DNA from: an uncultured Nitrososphaerota archaeon
GTDB lineage: Archaea > Asgardarchaeota > Njordarchaeia > Njordarchaeales > Njordarchaeaceae
Direction of reading: 5' to 3'
Length of the DNA stretch: 64,000 nt
Assembly (NCBI GenBank): GCA_964518475.1
Contig: CAZFGR010000009.1
Span: 1 to 64,000 of the forward strand
Shown: positions 39,101 through 48,621 of the stretch, in pieces
How positions within the stretch are numbered: the first letter of the stretch is position 1
Layout: each line of letters begins with the position of its first letter
Position numbers and translations under genes: made by a program
Notes under the pieces: generated by a model
The model's database searches: none
Told to the model about the DNA's origin: nothing
What the model saw: the letters and a program-made list of their open reading frames with translations, nothing else

Positions 39101-40078
39101 GCCACGGTACTAGAGGCTATATACACACTTCTTCAACAGCTAAAGATAACCAATACCTCTATAGTCTCTGTCATTTGGAACTTGACCGACGAAATAATAA
39201 TGATAAGGAATCGTTTAGGAAACATAACACTGAAGCTCGATGATTACATTATTATGATAAACACGACCCTAAATAACTTAATCGCCGATATTCGAACGAA
39301 CACCCTCTTAATAAACAGCATAATCTATACACTCAATGAAACCGTTCTAGTAACCCTGACCGACCTACAGATGAATCTCACAAAAATCATGTGGCTAACC
39401 CTAGACGAGCTAAGAAACATAACAGAACTACTCCCAATACTCCTAAACGTCTTCAAACTCCGCTTAATAAATTACTTTACTGGCGAAATACTCCCCTTAA
39501 ACCAGTTCAAGATAGTCGTTAATTCTACCCTAATAAACGACGCTACCATACTGACAATTGGCGATAGACTTAACGTAACTGTTCTTGACTATTGGGATCG
39601 AGTATTATGGAGTAATATAACATCTGAACGCGATATCGAAGTTCTACTCAAAATTGGTCGCATAATATTTATTAATGAGAGAGAAGAAACAATTCAAATA
39701 CTTATAGCGCCAGCTAATTATTCAGATCCACTTTCTATAATTTTACCACCTTACGCATCTTATTCATTACTCGTCTACAGTGAGTCGTTCTATAACATAA
39801 CGGTAGTATCTGGCAAGAGGATAATTTCTTCTGGAACCTATGCCTTTCCCCAAACTAATAAGGAACCAGTTATTTTACTAAAAATTACTTACGAAGGAAC
39901 ATTCATGGTTGAAAGTCCCAATACTGTCAGGATTTTCATAATGTCTTTAGTAATAGGTACTGTAGCATCCACAGTATCCACAATACTATATAGGATACTA
40001 TCGCTTCGTCAAACACTCGTGGATTCAGATAAGCTAGTTAAGAAGATACTGAAAGAACTAGAGAAAGAAGAAGAATAA
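36191..40078 (+). CDS. Large surface glycoprotein: DUF2341-like and beta-sandwich head, coiled-coil stalk, C-terminal TM
   Basis: Signal peptide; L.NY...I.LN..NF.F...RPD..D..F, IPHYI..W, MYYG (DUF2341-like); about 320-aa amphipathic repeat with many NxS/T sequons; TM near the C-terminus. Confidence 0.7.
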   Translation: MYPRILKILSILCLIALIISVPGIKQYSINCNIQASPTVMDSSWLDGESISVLLVRTSYLLPQKLLISKGTVISGSIYSLYTQSDSLLIKASNNEWLVYLEFSNFEGGELEVLAKIYINDSSTNTIYETTAFLSIHVYDSSTGLFFELGPADGRIYHLDPWLSTHDKKLIIKFTGLMTSSLPSGMYYYANISVARIKPDLKRTVVPSEYRYIDSQNVIHKVSITVDEPNMKIILENISIWWKFLYSEPKIKLNYTERSFVAKTSGVYTLFFVSHNRWQYPSYIQSQLILVDSRGRYLSLDYFRVFYRFIMQSYQENSSRPAFFRVLTVTNPYSFDLINYRLRIELNQSNFNFFSVRPDLLDMFFVKASEIPHYIDLWDGEKAIIYVKANITAGSNNVTMYYGARGLVTSQDPWAGNDFIIIDDFNYASELLSKNWTVLSGSWSTSSSQLYNTQQNDYATIRTKLRIPPYVSITFGTLELTPSSATSQYLGLHAVDLIVFGLNSSTYFVVEFRQASSSSSLYNIKLIEVVNGVRVLETQPITNQRDTTIFTTLTITAYIDFSQNLVNVTFRELGTSLTLSPSINLNTSGLGFVGIRSANGSIFLDRFTVKYLALLNVTLSLGEEEINPTGISQTIISDYERAYSPYITVPRDCLLNIVIQDPFNTTLLNKTLIPEDTIPIILQVYSFKIKNNRDDIFVHIKLSKSGTPFVWSEWLAPGEVAEYLLSGGEYSLELQYPSGETAFFDRLTVSDDVYFMINGTVLGDVIAQLTRVNETLVNQIYKIDIRLSNLNSTIQNQTVELSLHIENINTTISEFFTTIRNNLTAIESNISSILYNISNRIESVQSIIEFVNTTILNNLTEINSTITGVLINFRENVTILLTNISKIELNTTQNIFLVNSSIHRLLEILNSEIIGLNSSIDTIFLNLTNKLLAINSSIGRLYINISSQIITMNTTLSKFLVNILNSIEQVNATVLEAIYTLLQQLKITNTSIVSVIWNLTDEIIMIRNRLGNITLKLDDYIIMINTTLNNLIADIRTNTLLINSIIYTLNETVLVTLTDLQMNLTKIMWLTLDELRNITELLPILLNVFKLRLINYFTGEILPLNQFKIVVNSTLINDATILTIGDRLNVTVLDYWDRVLWSNITSERDIEVLLKIGRIIFINEREETIQILIAPANYSDPLSIILPPYASYSLLVYSESFYNITVVSGKRIISSGTYAFPQTNKEPVILLKITYEGTFMVESPNTVRIFIMSLVIGTVASTVSTILYRILSLRQTLVDSDKLVKKILKELEKEEE

Positions 40079-40150
40079 AACAAACGCCTCCAAACTTTTC
40101 TACATATTTTAAATTACTTTTTTAGCTCGAATATTTCGAAAAAAATTTAC

Positions 40151-41395
40151 TTGGGGATTTTTTTGCATAAACCCGCTATACTTGGAGGAGAACCCGTATC
40201 AAAGAAGAAAATACGGTTTGCTAAAATTTTCGTGGGAGATGAGGAGAGAAAAGCTATAGAGGAAATACTTAGAGAAGGAAGCTTGGTTAGTGGCGCATAC
40301 TTAGAGAAGTTTGAGAAAGAATTTGCACGATTTATTGGAGCAAAGCACGCAATTGCTGTTTCTAATGGTACTGATGCACTATTCTTATCCTACTTAGCCC
40401 TTGACCTCACCTTTGGTTCTAGAGTCCTCACAACACCCTTCACATTTGTCGCAACAGCCTCATCCATAATACATGCGGGAAGCATCCCACTTTTCGCCGA
40501 TGTCTTAGAGGATGGTAACTTAGATCCCGCATCCGTAGAAAAAATGTTTAGCAGGGAAAAAATAGACGCTATAACAGTCGTCCATATGTATGGTAAACCC
40601 GTGGAAATGGACGAGATAAGAAGAATCGCTAGGGAAAAAGGGGCCCTTGTGATCGAAGACGCTGCCCATGCTCATGGAGCAGAATACAAGGGTACTAAAG
40701 TTGGTTTACTAGGAGACATCGCCGCATTCTCTCTTTATCCAACAAAGATAATAGCTGCTGGTGGGTGGGGAGGAGTCATTGTTACTAATGATGATGAAGT
40801 TGCTGAGAAACTAACACTACTCAGGGCTCATGGCGAGCTACGCCACAAATTAGGAGAAGCTGGAGCTTATGAATATGAGAGACTCGGATACAACATGAGA
40901 ATGAGCCACATAGAGGCGGCCGTAGCTTATTACCAATTAAAAAGGATAAATACCTATATTGAGAAGAGAAGAAAAATTGCAAAAATGCTTAATGAGCTCC
41001 TCGGAGACTTGCCAGGAATCAGGGTTCCAGAAGAACCTAATCATCTAAAGCACGTCTATTACATCTACTCGATCCTAATCGATGAAAAGGTAATAGGCTG
41101 GTCCAGAGACGAGTTTGTAAAGGCTTTGAATGCCGAGGGCGTAGAGGCTAGACGTGGATATCATAAGCCCCTTCATAAGCAAGAATTGTTCCTCAATATA
41201 AATGATCCCAGAGTAAACCATTTCGCGAAAATCCATAAATACCCAGAATATGCTAAGATGCATCTACCTAATGCGGAGAGAATATCTCAGAAAACTGTTT
41301 GGCTACCAATGCATCCGTTTCTTACAGAGGAGGAGGTAGAATCAATAGCCACAGCAGTACGTAAGCTAATCGAGTGGAAAAGTACTCATGCATAG
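40151..41395 (+). CDS. DegT/DnrJ/EryC1/StrS sugar aminotransferase
   Basis: VSNGTDAL, FTFVAT, IEDAAHAHG, FSLYPTK, GYNMRMS, LPMHP. Confidence 0.93.
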   Translation: MGIFLHKPAILGGEPVSKKKIRFAKIFVGDEERKAIEEILREGSLVSGAYLEKFEKEFARFIGAKHAIAVSNGTDALFLSYLALDLTFGSRVLTTPFTFVATASSIIHAGSIPLFADVLEDGNLDPASVEKMFSREKIDAITVVHMYGKPVEMDEIRRIAREKGALVIEDAAHAHGAEYKGTKVGLLGDIAAFSLYPTKIIAAGGWGGVIVTNDDEVAEKLTLLRAHGELRHKLGEAGAYEYERLGYNMRMSHIEAAVAYYQLKRINTYIEKRRKIAKMLNELLGDLPGIRVPEEPNHLKHVYYIYSILIDEKVIGWSRDEFVKALNAEGVEARRGYHKPLHKQELFLNINDPRVNHFAKIHKYPEYAKMHLPNAERISQKTVWLPMHPFLTEEEVESIATAVRKLIEWKSTHA

Positions 41396-41424
41396 ATAGC
41401 TTCCAAAAAATAAAACGTTATTTT

Positions 41425-41841
41425 TTAAGCCCAAGTCGAGAGATGCTTGGAAGCATATTTTTGGAAAAAAGATGTTAGAACTTTCACTATATCATCAACA
41501 AAGATTATCTCAGAATCTGTCAAGTATTTATCTAATGCATCTAGAAAAATCCTCAAAAGTCTTAATCTCCCCTTAATTTTTCTCGAAATAACAACTATTA
41601 TGTGGTTATCACTAACATAGTAAACGATGTTGTCACGCATGAAGAAACGATCCCTAATGCATCTCTTAGCAATCATGCTTAGAATTTTAGCAATTATTAT
41701 TGAGCTTTTCCAAGCCGCCTCATTGTCTAATTTAGTATTTATCCTCACTTTCCCATTTTCGAAAAATACCCTAGCCTTTAATGCTACGTGATCAAAAATT
41801 AATATTTCCATAAAGTCATCCATCAGAATGTTCATACTCAT
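41425..41841 (-). CDS. Hypothetical protein (possibly longin/roadblock-like fold)
   Basis: 138-aa ORF; strand-strand-helix-strands-helix pattern by eye. Confidence 0.5.
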   Translation of the reverse strand: MSMNILMDDFMEILIFDHVALKARVFFENGKVRINTKLDNEAAWKSSIIIAKILSMIAKRCIRDRFFMRDNIVYYVSDNHIIVVISRKIKGRLRLLRIFLDALDKYLTDSEIIFVDDIVKVLTSFFQKYASKHLSTWA

Positions 41842-41953
41842 TCCTTGTTCCTACGCCTCCTTATTCGAGAAATTTAAGTTAGGATATTTTTTAATTGCCA
41901 AAATACCTACGTGATACTTTACATACTTTAAGAGATTATGCGGTGATGAAGAC

Positions 41954-42460
41954 GTGAAAATAAAACTTATTTACCACAGCGATATTAACGGTATCGCTAA
42001 AGAAACAGTACCCAGAACAATAAAGAATACTTTTCGTAATGTTGTTGTCGAAGAGGAAGAGGGCTTAACGAATATTTCTTTTGCCTATAATAATTATAGA
42101 AAACAATATGATGCCGAAAAGATCCTATCAAAACTAATCAGCACAGAAGAACCGGTTTTTCTAGCAATCCTACCCTTCGACATATATGTGCTTGGTCTAA
42201 ATTTCGTATTTGGTGTGGCTTTTCCTGGGCAAGGATGCGTAATATCGACGTTCCGTCTAAAAATCTCAGCCGACAAGAACCTCTATATAAACAGACTAGC
42301 AAAAACTGTTCGACACGAACTCGGTCACGTATTCGGGCTTAGACACTGTGAAAATCCCTGCGTAATGCGATTTGCCAATAGCCTATACGAACTTGATTTG
42401 AAATCTTCTAACTTCTGTCCCACCTGTCGTGAGAAATTGATGAAACTAGGGCTTATGTGA
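41954..42460 (+). CDS. Archaemetzincin (peptidase M54)
   Basis: RKQYDA, NFVFG.A, HELGHVFGLRHC...CVMRF, FC..C. Confidence 0.92.
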   Translation: MKIKLIYHSDINGIAKETVPRTIKNTFRNVVVEEEEGLTNISFAYNNYRKQYDAEKILSKLISTEEPVFLAILPFDIYVLGLNFVFGVAFPGQGCVISTFRLKISADKNLYINRLAKTVRHELGHVFGLRHCENPCVMRFANSLYELDLKSSNFCPTCREKLMKLGLM

Positions 42461-42473
42461 TAGTTAAGATCCC

Positions 42474-42938
42474 TTAATAAATAGAAGATAGCACGAGATT
42501 TTTTATTATCCAGTGCAGTATTTTTGGAAGATCCTTTCGCAAATAAATTACTACGAGAAAAACTTTTTCTCCAGCAGAGCTCCTATCTTCATACTCAGTC
42601 TCATATATTTTCTTTAGAAGTCCGTGAAGTTTTGATAACGCTGGTTCATAATATTTTAGTTCCCGAAGAATAGAGCCCACATCTCTACTAATACTAAATA
42701 CGTTCATAAAACCGATAATGTTCCCCCGAGATGATTTAATCAATATTTGACGTTCAATAAAGCGATTTTCCTTACCGATTATTTCCCTATCCATAGCCGT
42801 TTTAACTACTACTTTTTCTTCATTAAGTAACTTACGGGGATAAGGTGTGTTCAGAAAAAGCTCAAGCTCCTTTAGGAATCTATTCAAATCATATACAACA
42901 GTATCGGTTACTAGTTTAAAATCCTTTTTAGCACTCAT
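42474..42938 (-). CDS. Hypothetical protein
   Basis: 154-aa ORF with GAGGA RBS, downstream of the CLC genes. Confidence 0.6.
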   Translation of the reverse strand: MSAKKDFKLVTDTVVYDLNRFLKELELFLNTPYPRKLLNEEKVVVKTAMDREIIGKENRFIERQILIKSSRGNIIGFMNVFSISRDVGSILRELKYYEPALSKLHGLLKKIYETEYEDRSSAGEKVFLVVIYLRKDLPKILHWIIKNLVLSSIY

Positions 42939-42961
42939 ACGATCCTCAACAATTAAGCTTT

Positions 42962-44728
42962 CTAGAAATGCGTGTGGAGCACCTCGTATATTCTAATTAT
43001 GTCTTCTTCGGTTAACATACCTAAGTACTCATCTTCATTATCCCTCGAAACTACTATTGCGAAATCCTTGCCTTTGTCCAGCATTTTTTCTAAAGCCTCC
43101 CACAAGCTTTCATCCGGATATACCCTGACGAAATTTCTATCCATAATCTCCTCCACCTTTGTAGACTCCCTCTTATCAATAGGAACCTTCTCAACATCAT
43201 CTATAGAAATGACTCCTAGGACCGTCGAGTTCTTCACCACCGGATAGTGGCGAAATCCATACTTAATGAAGAATTTTTCCACCTCAGCCAGCGTCGAGTC
43301 AGGATGTACAGTAATTGTCTCGCTTCTAGACCTCATAGCTGTATCAACAGGAACTCTAGCGAGTTCTGGAATACGCCACCCAATCTTTATCCCGCTCTTA
43401 GCTAGGGATACCCTATACAATCCTAAAGGTTTCACAAACAAGTGAGCGGAGATAGCACTCGTGGCTACACCAATCATTAACGGAAGAACAATAGTTTGCT
43501 CCCCAGTGATCTCCCCAACAATTACTATGGCGGTTAATGGAATACCTATCGAAGCGCCCAGGAATGCTGCCATCCCGACTAAAACATAGGGAATGACTGA
43601 TGATATGGGTATTGCAAAGAGTTGAGAGCAGACGTATGCGAAGGCAGCGCCAATGAAGCCCCCTATAAAAACTGCTGGAGCAAGATTTCCTCCAGCCCCA
43701 CCGCTCCCCAGTGTTAACGATGTGGCAATCATCTTCAGAATACCTATTGCAAAGATTACCCATACAGCTAATTCTACGGGCGAAGTAGCCACTTCTTGGA
43801 GACTATGGTACTGCATTCCTAGAACCTCTGGTCTCCAAAGCCCAATGAGCCCAACCATTAATCCACCTAACGCTGGTTTAAGATACTCTGGTACCCCCCA
43901 CCTCTCGAAGAAATCCTTTATCAGGAAATCACTCTTCACCCAAAACGCTGCTAAAATTCCTGAGATCAGTCCAAGAATAGCGAATAAGAAATACTCCATC
44001 GGATTCTTAATAGCGCCTATCGGAGGTAAATACACAGTAACCTCTTGTCCCAGAATCAAATAAGTAACAACAGTGCTTGTGAAACATGCCAGTGTTATAG
44101 GGATAAGTTGAGGAACCGAGAGTTCTCCAAAGAGGAGCTCGATACCAAACATTAATCCCCCTAGAGGAGCATTAAATGTAGCACTAATACCAGAGGCTAG
44201 CCCAGCTACGATAAGCAAAATCCGATCCTGGCCTTTTATTTTAAGAAGGCGTGAAATGCCACAACCAATTCCAGCCCCCGCAACAGCTGAAGGAGCTTCT
44301 CTTCCAGCACTACCTCCACTTCCCATCGTTATTGCTGCCCCAATAAGCCCCATCGGTATGTTTGTAATGGAGAGAATCCCCATGCGGTGCTGTATCGATT
44401 TAATTATTCCCGTTATTTCAATATCGTCACGATCCAACTTTACTGCCGAAAATAATATCCCTACAATGAGACCCCCAAGAGCTGGCAAGAAAACGATTGT
44501 GTAGGTGCCGAGAGTGTATTCTAGAGAACTATCAATAAGCTCAAAGAATATTCTATGGAAAAACTCTATCGTTAATCTAAATATGACAATTGTTAAACCC
44601 GTCAAAACACCAACAATTATAGCAGTTAAGTCAAGTAATAATGGTCGCTTATAGTATCTCAAAGTATAGCTGATTCTTTTCCAAAAGCTGCTAGTTACAC
44701 CCAATCTAGCTCCCCACTGAATTATCAA
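42962..44728 (-). CDS. CLC-family chloride transporter with CBS pair (divergent filter motifs)
   Basis: GSGGSAGREAP, FNAPLGG..FGIE, GGAGGNLAP, C-terminal CBS pair. Confidence 0.9.
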   Translation of the reverse strand: MIIQWGARLGVTSSFWKRISYTLRYYKRPLLLDLTAIIVGVLTGLTIVIFRLTIEFFHRIFFELIDSSLEYTLGTYTIVFLPALGGLIVGILFSAVKLDRDDIEITGIIKSIQHRMGILSITNIPMGLIGAAITMGSGGSAGREAPSAVAGAGIGCGISRLLKIKGQDRILLIVAGLASGISATFNAPLGGLMFGIELLFGELSVPQLIPITLACFTSTVVTYLILGQEVTVYLPPIGAIKNPMEYFLFAILGLISGILAAFWVKSDFLIKDFFERWGVPEYLKPALGGLMVGLIGLWRPEVLGMQYHSLQEVATSPVELAVWVIFAIGILKMIATSLTLGSGGAGGNLAPAVFIGGFIGAAFAYVCSQLFAIPISSVIPYVLVGMAAFLGASIGIPLTAIVIVGEITGEQTIVLPLMIGVATSAISAHLFVKPLGLYRVSLAKSGIKIGWRIPELARVPVDTAMRSRSETITVHPDSTLAEVEKFFIKYGFRHYPVVKNSTVLGVISIDDVEKVPIDKRESTKVEEIMDRNFVRVYPDESLWEALEKMLDKGKDFAIVVSRDNEDEYLGMLTEEDIIRIYEVLHTHF

Positions 44729-44819
44729 CTTAATTCGTAGGGATATCCCTATAAACTTTGTATGAAAACTGGGAAGCCTATCCTCCTATAATAAGCTTTT
44801 GAATGTTTGCCTATTCACA

Positions 44820-46580
44820 CTATTCCTTTAGTGTTCGATAGTACAGCATCTTTACAATATCCTCATAGGCAATACATCCTATCAATCTCTTCTTTTCCTC
44901 ATAATTTATCACGGGCAATCTAAATATTTTATTTTCCATCATCAGTGAAATCGCTTTCTTTATCGAGTCATTAGGGGATACGTATATTGGGTTCTGCTTT
45001 ATAATATTCCCTACTCGCGTATTACTTCTCATTTCTCTAGGAACTGACAACACATCATAGATTGATAAGAGGCCTACATAGTTTCCATTCTCATCAACTA
45101 CCGGCACTGCTGTTTGATTATACTTCCGCATAACCTCCTCTACAACGTTTAAGGAGTCATCGGTTTTGACAATGACGAGATCAGGACTCATTACTTCCTC
45201 TACCCTTATCTTCTCCATTATAGAATCTATTATCTCTGGCAAATGTATTGGAGACTCTTCTCTATACTCTAGTTGATTCTCGTAGATTGAGGCCTCTCCT
45301 GAAACAATATATGAGAGGGTCGAGGCAAGAATTGCTGGGGCCAGAATATTATAATCTCCCGTCATCTCCGCTACCATAATAATCGCGGTTAACGGTACCT
45401 TAGCGGCACCAGCAAAGAAGCTAGCCATTCCTATCAAGACAAAAATGCCGGGGTCATAGATTATCTCTGGGAAAAATCCATATAATATACGTCCGAACGC
45501 TCCCCCTATCATAGCACCAATAACTATCGAAGGAGCGAATACACCTCCGCTTCCACCTGATCCTATCGTAAATGACGTAGCTAGGATCTTCGTGAAGACT
45601 AGAAGAATCATGAGTTCGATAGCTAGTTCTCCATATATCGCTAGTTGTACCCAACCATAACCAGTGGAGAGAACTTGTGGGAAGTAAAAAGCAATTAAAC
45701 CAACTACTATTCCCCCAATTGCTGGCTTATAGTGATCTGGGATATTCATTTTTTTGAACCAATCTCTTACTCCGTAAAACACTCGTACATAGAACCGTGC
45801 AGATAAACCCGCTATGATGCCTAACATAGCGAATAATGGTAATTCAAGCGGCGAGAATCTGTACAAGGGTGTTTCAAAAATTGGTTGCCACCCAACAAAC
45901 ATTGAGAAAATAGCATAACCAATAAAAGACGCTATCAGAGCTGGTACAAATACCTCGACCTCGTAGTCTTTTTTATACGGTACCTCTACACCGAACAACG
46001 CACCTCCTACTGGGGACTTAAAGATGCTTCCAACCCCCGCAGCAGCCGCAGCCATCACTAGTATTTCTCGTTCTTTCTCAGATAAGCCTATTTTACTAGT
46101 AAGAATAGAAATAATACTCGCTGTTATCTGGGCAATAGGTCCCTCTCTTCCAGCAGATCCTCCAGATCCTATTGTTAGTCCTGAAGCAATCATTTTAACC
46201 ATTGCTACGCGTCCACGCACAATCCCTTTTAAGCTATGAACTGCTTTGATTACGGCATCTGTTCCATGGCCCTCAGCTTCAGGTGCAGTACTATAAACAG
46301 TTATTCCAGAGAACAAGCCTCCAACTGCTGGTATTATAATGAGAATCCCTGTGAACTCGCATGTTAATAATTCAAGCTCAAGCTCTATAAGAGAAGTTTC
46401 GCCATGAGCTTGAGGAATTTCTAGACCAGCGAATGTTTCTAGGAAGAGCCAGCTGAAGACATCTAGAATAAGATAAAACGCTGTTGCCGCAATACCCGCT
46501 ATTATCCCTATGAGTATTGTGAAGAGAAGAACCTTTTTTGTAATTAAGAACCTTCTAACGGCCATTGTGGGTCTGTTCAC
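44820..46580 (-). CDS. CLC-family chloride transporter with CBS pair
   Basis: EGHGTD, GSGGSAGREGP, FGVE, GGSGGVFAP, SIY, CBS pair. Confidence 0.93.
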   Translation of the reverse strand: MNRPTMAVRRFLITKKVLLFTILIGIIAGIAATAFYLILDVFSWLFLETFAGLEIPQAHGETSLIELELELLTCEFTGILIIIPAVGGLFSGITVYSTAPEAEGHGTDAVIKAVHSLKGIVRGRVAMVKMIASGLTIGSGGSAGREGPIAQITASIISILTSKIGLSEKEREILVMAAAAAGVGSIFKSPVGGALFGVEVPYKKDYEVEVFVPALIASFIGYAIFSMFVGWQPIFETPLYRFSPLELPLFAMLGIIAGLSARFYVRVFYGVRDWFKKMNIPDHYKPAIGGIVVGLIAFYFPQVLSTGYGWVQLAIYGELAIELMILLVFTKILATSFTIGSGGSGGVFAPSIVIGAMIGGAFGRILYGFFPEIIYDPGIFVLIGMASFFAGAAKVPLTAIIMVAEMTGDYNILAPAILASTLSYIVSGEASIYENQLEYREESPIHLPEIIDSIMEKIRVEEVMSPDLVIVKTDDSLNVVEEVMRKYNQTAVPVVDENGNYVGLLSIYDVLSVPREMRSNTRVGNIIKQNPIYVSPNDSIKKAISLMMENKIFRLPVINYEEKKRLIGCIAYEDIVKMLYYRTLKE

Positions 46581-46762
46581 CTGTATAATCTAATGATCAC
46601 CATTTCTAAAAATGTATATTATAACTATATAGGTGAAGATAACCTTTTTGGGACTTACTTTTTATTAGTTGCAAGGTTTTTATGAAAAGCCTTGGCGATA
46701 ATTAAAAAATCATGACATCCAGATAGTCTCTAGAATTATTTAGGGTTGTCTTGGGATGTACC

Positions 46763-47386
46763 ATGGACTTAATCATTGCTGAGGGACGCCATTCAGTAGT
46801 ACTGAGTATTCCTCACATAGGTATTGCGTTTAAAATTTTTAGGAAGGGTTATGTAAGAAATGCTGATAAGGAGTACTCTTTCCTAAAAATTCTTGAACAT
46901 CATGATTTCCCAGTCCCAAAACCGTATAATCTCCTCATAATCAATGATTACCCAATACTGGTTCGTGAGTACATACCTGGTCAACACTTTAATGAATTTC
47001 TGGATGATTCTCCTCCTGAGAAAATAGTCAAAGTCCTCAAGAGAGTAATAGAGCTATCATTCAAACTTGATGAGATCGGCATCTTTCTGGATGAGTTAAG
47101 TAACCCAACAAAAAACATCATTGTAAATTCCAGAGGTGTGTTTTTCATAGATTTTGAACGTGCACAAGAATTAAGAGGAAACAAAAGTAATGTTACCCAG
47201 TTTCTAAGCTTCTTAATAAGAGTTGGTAAATCATCAAGTCAATTAAAGAAGAAGCTGGAAAGATTCGTTAACTTTGACAAATTAGTGGAGTTGTCAAAAG
47301 AGTTTAAACAGTCTAAGGATCTAGAAAAGGTATTATCCGAAGCTTTTATTGGTCAGCCGGCCCATGCCTCATCACTTCCTCAGTAG
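46763..47386 (+). CDS. Atypical archaeal Ser/Thr kinase (RIO/Bud32-like, COG2112-like)
   Basis: EGRHSVV, AFK, REYIPG, ELSNPTKNII, FIDFE, NVTQ. Confidence 0.75.
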   Translation: MDLIIAEGRHSVVLSIPHIGIAFKIFRKGYVRNADKEYSFLKILEHHDFPVPKPYNLLIINDYPILVREYIPGQHFNEFLDDSPPEKIVKVLKRVIELSFKLDEIGIFLDELSNPTKNIIVNSRGVFFIDFERAQELRGNKSNVTQFLSFLIRVGKSSSQLKKKLERFVNFDKLVELSKEFKQSKDLEKVLSEAFIGQPAHASSLPQ

Positions 47387-47399
47387 AGGGGTTTTTTCA

Positions 47400-48596
47400 T
47401 CACCCCAAAGCACTCTCTACCTCTTTCTTAATAATATCTAAGGCTCCATACTTTTTCATCATTTTTCCATAAGCTCTAACTCTTCTATAATATTCTCCAT
47501 TCTCTGAAATAAGTTCTATAATTTCAGGCACCTCTTTCCTGAAATTCCTTATTATAAATCCCAGTTTTAGCTCAGCTACGCGTGTAGCTAGTCCTTGTTG
47601 CTCTAGCTGGTTCTTAGACATCACACCTGCAAAAACCGCGCCAGCCGCGATCGCATCAAAGACCTTATTCATTCCGTAATGACCAATGATTATGTCGGAT
47701 GCTAGGAAGTATTTGGATAATAAGCTATCAGTGATGTTGGGTATCCAATTAATAATCTCTATATTATCGCGGATGCGAATCCTTCTCTTATCCGATCTAC
47801 CTAGTTTAAAAAGCACAAATTTTATCCTTTCTTTCCGCTTGAAAAAAGGTATTAGCGCTAAAAAATTCTGTAGGAAGAACCTTTGGGAAGCCTCATGACC
47901 GCTTGGGATGAATAGTATCGTTTTTTCATACCCCTCTAATCCCAGCTCCTCCTTAGCGAAGTATTTTGCCTCACTTATGTCTCTCTCGTAGATCTCCCTC
48001 TCTATATTCTCATCGATTATGGGCCCCGTAAAAACCATATTAGAGGGTATTCTTGCTGGTAGAAAATAATAATAAATAGTCCATGGGGGAGGAAAATCTG
48101 TCATGAATATTTTGTTGCATGTTTTCGCAGCCCTCTCTATAAAGCCAGCGAGAACTCTAGCAATTGGTTTCAGGTTGTTGTCTGGTACGCGTCTCATGCT
48201 GAGAAATAGACTTATGAAAAAGCATGGAATATCAAGCATTTTTGATACAAAGACGGATGCTAGCCTCATATCGGATAACACGATGTCTGGGGCAAAATTC
48301 TTAATAATCTTGTGCTCGAGAGATAAGTGTTCAGCAACAATCTTAACCCCAGCAGGAACTTTCAGAACTGTTCTAGCTCCATCAATGCCTCCATCTTTAG
48401 TAGGTGTCCAAGAAAGTTCGGGGACTGTAACTACTCTCCATCCTACCTCTCTAAGAAATTTTTCAGCTGAAGTACCTTTATATGTAGAGAAAAGGATCTC
48501 GTACCCTTCATTCTTTAGCATCCTACCTATCCTATTCGATCTCCGAGCATGTCCGAGGCCTATACCGTTAACAGCTATATATGCTCTTTTAGCCAA
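47400..48596 (-). CDS. GT-B glycosyltransferase (GT28/MJ1255-like)
   Basis: GIGLGHARR, PDIVLSD, FTGPI, IIGHYG, QLEQ. Confidence 0.8.
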   Translation of the reverse strand: MAKRAYIAVNGIGLGHARRSNRIGRMLKNEGYEILFSTYKGTSAEKFLREVGWRVVTVPELSWTPTKDGGIDGARTVLKVPAGVKIVAEHLSLEHKIIKNFAPDIVLSDMRLASVFVSKMLDIPCFFISLFLSMRRVPDNNLKPIARVLAGFIERAAKTCNKIFMTDFPPPWTIYYYFLPARIPSNMVFTGPIIDENIEREIYERDISEAKYFAKEELGLEGYEKTILFIPSGHEASQRFFLQNFLALIPFFKRKERIKFVLFKLGRSDKRRIRIRDNIEIINWIPNITDSLLSKYFLASDIIIGHYGMNKVFDAIAAGAVFAGVMSKNQLEQQGLATRVAELKLGFIIRNFRKEVPEIIELISENGEYYRRVRAYGKMMKKYGALDIIKKEVESALG

Positions 48597-48621
48597 TTTT
48601 TCCGCCTGTTTTTCTAGTCGT

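Noticed and set aside
36191-40078. Provirus interpretation of the DUF2341/coiled-coil gene
   Set aside because: No integrase, capsid, packaging ATPase or att sites nearby; flanked by housekeeping genes.
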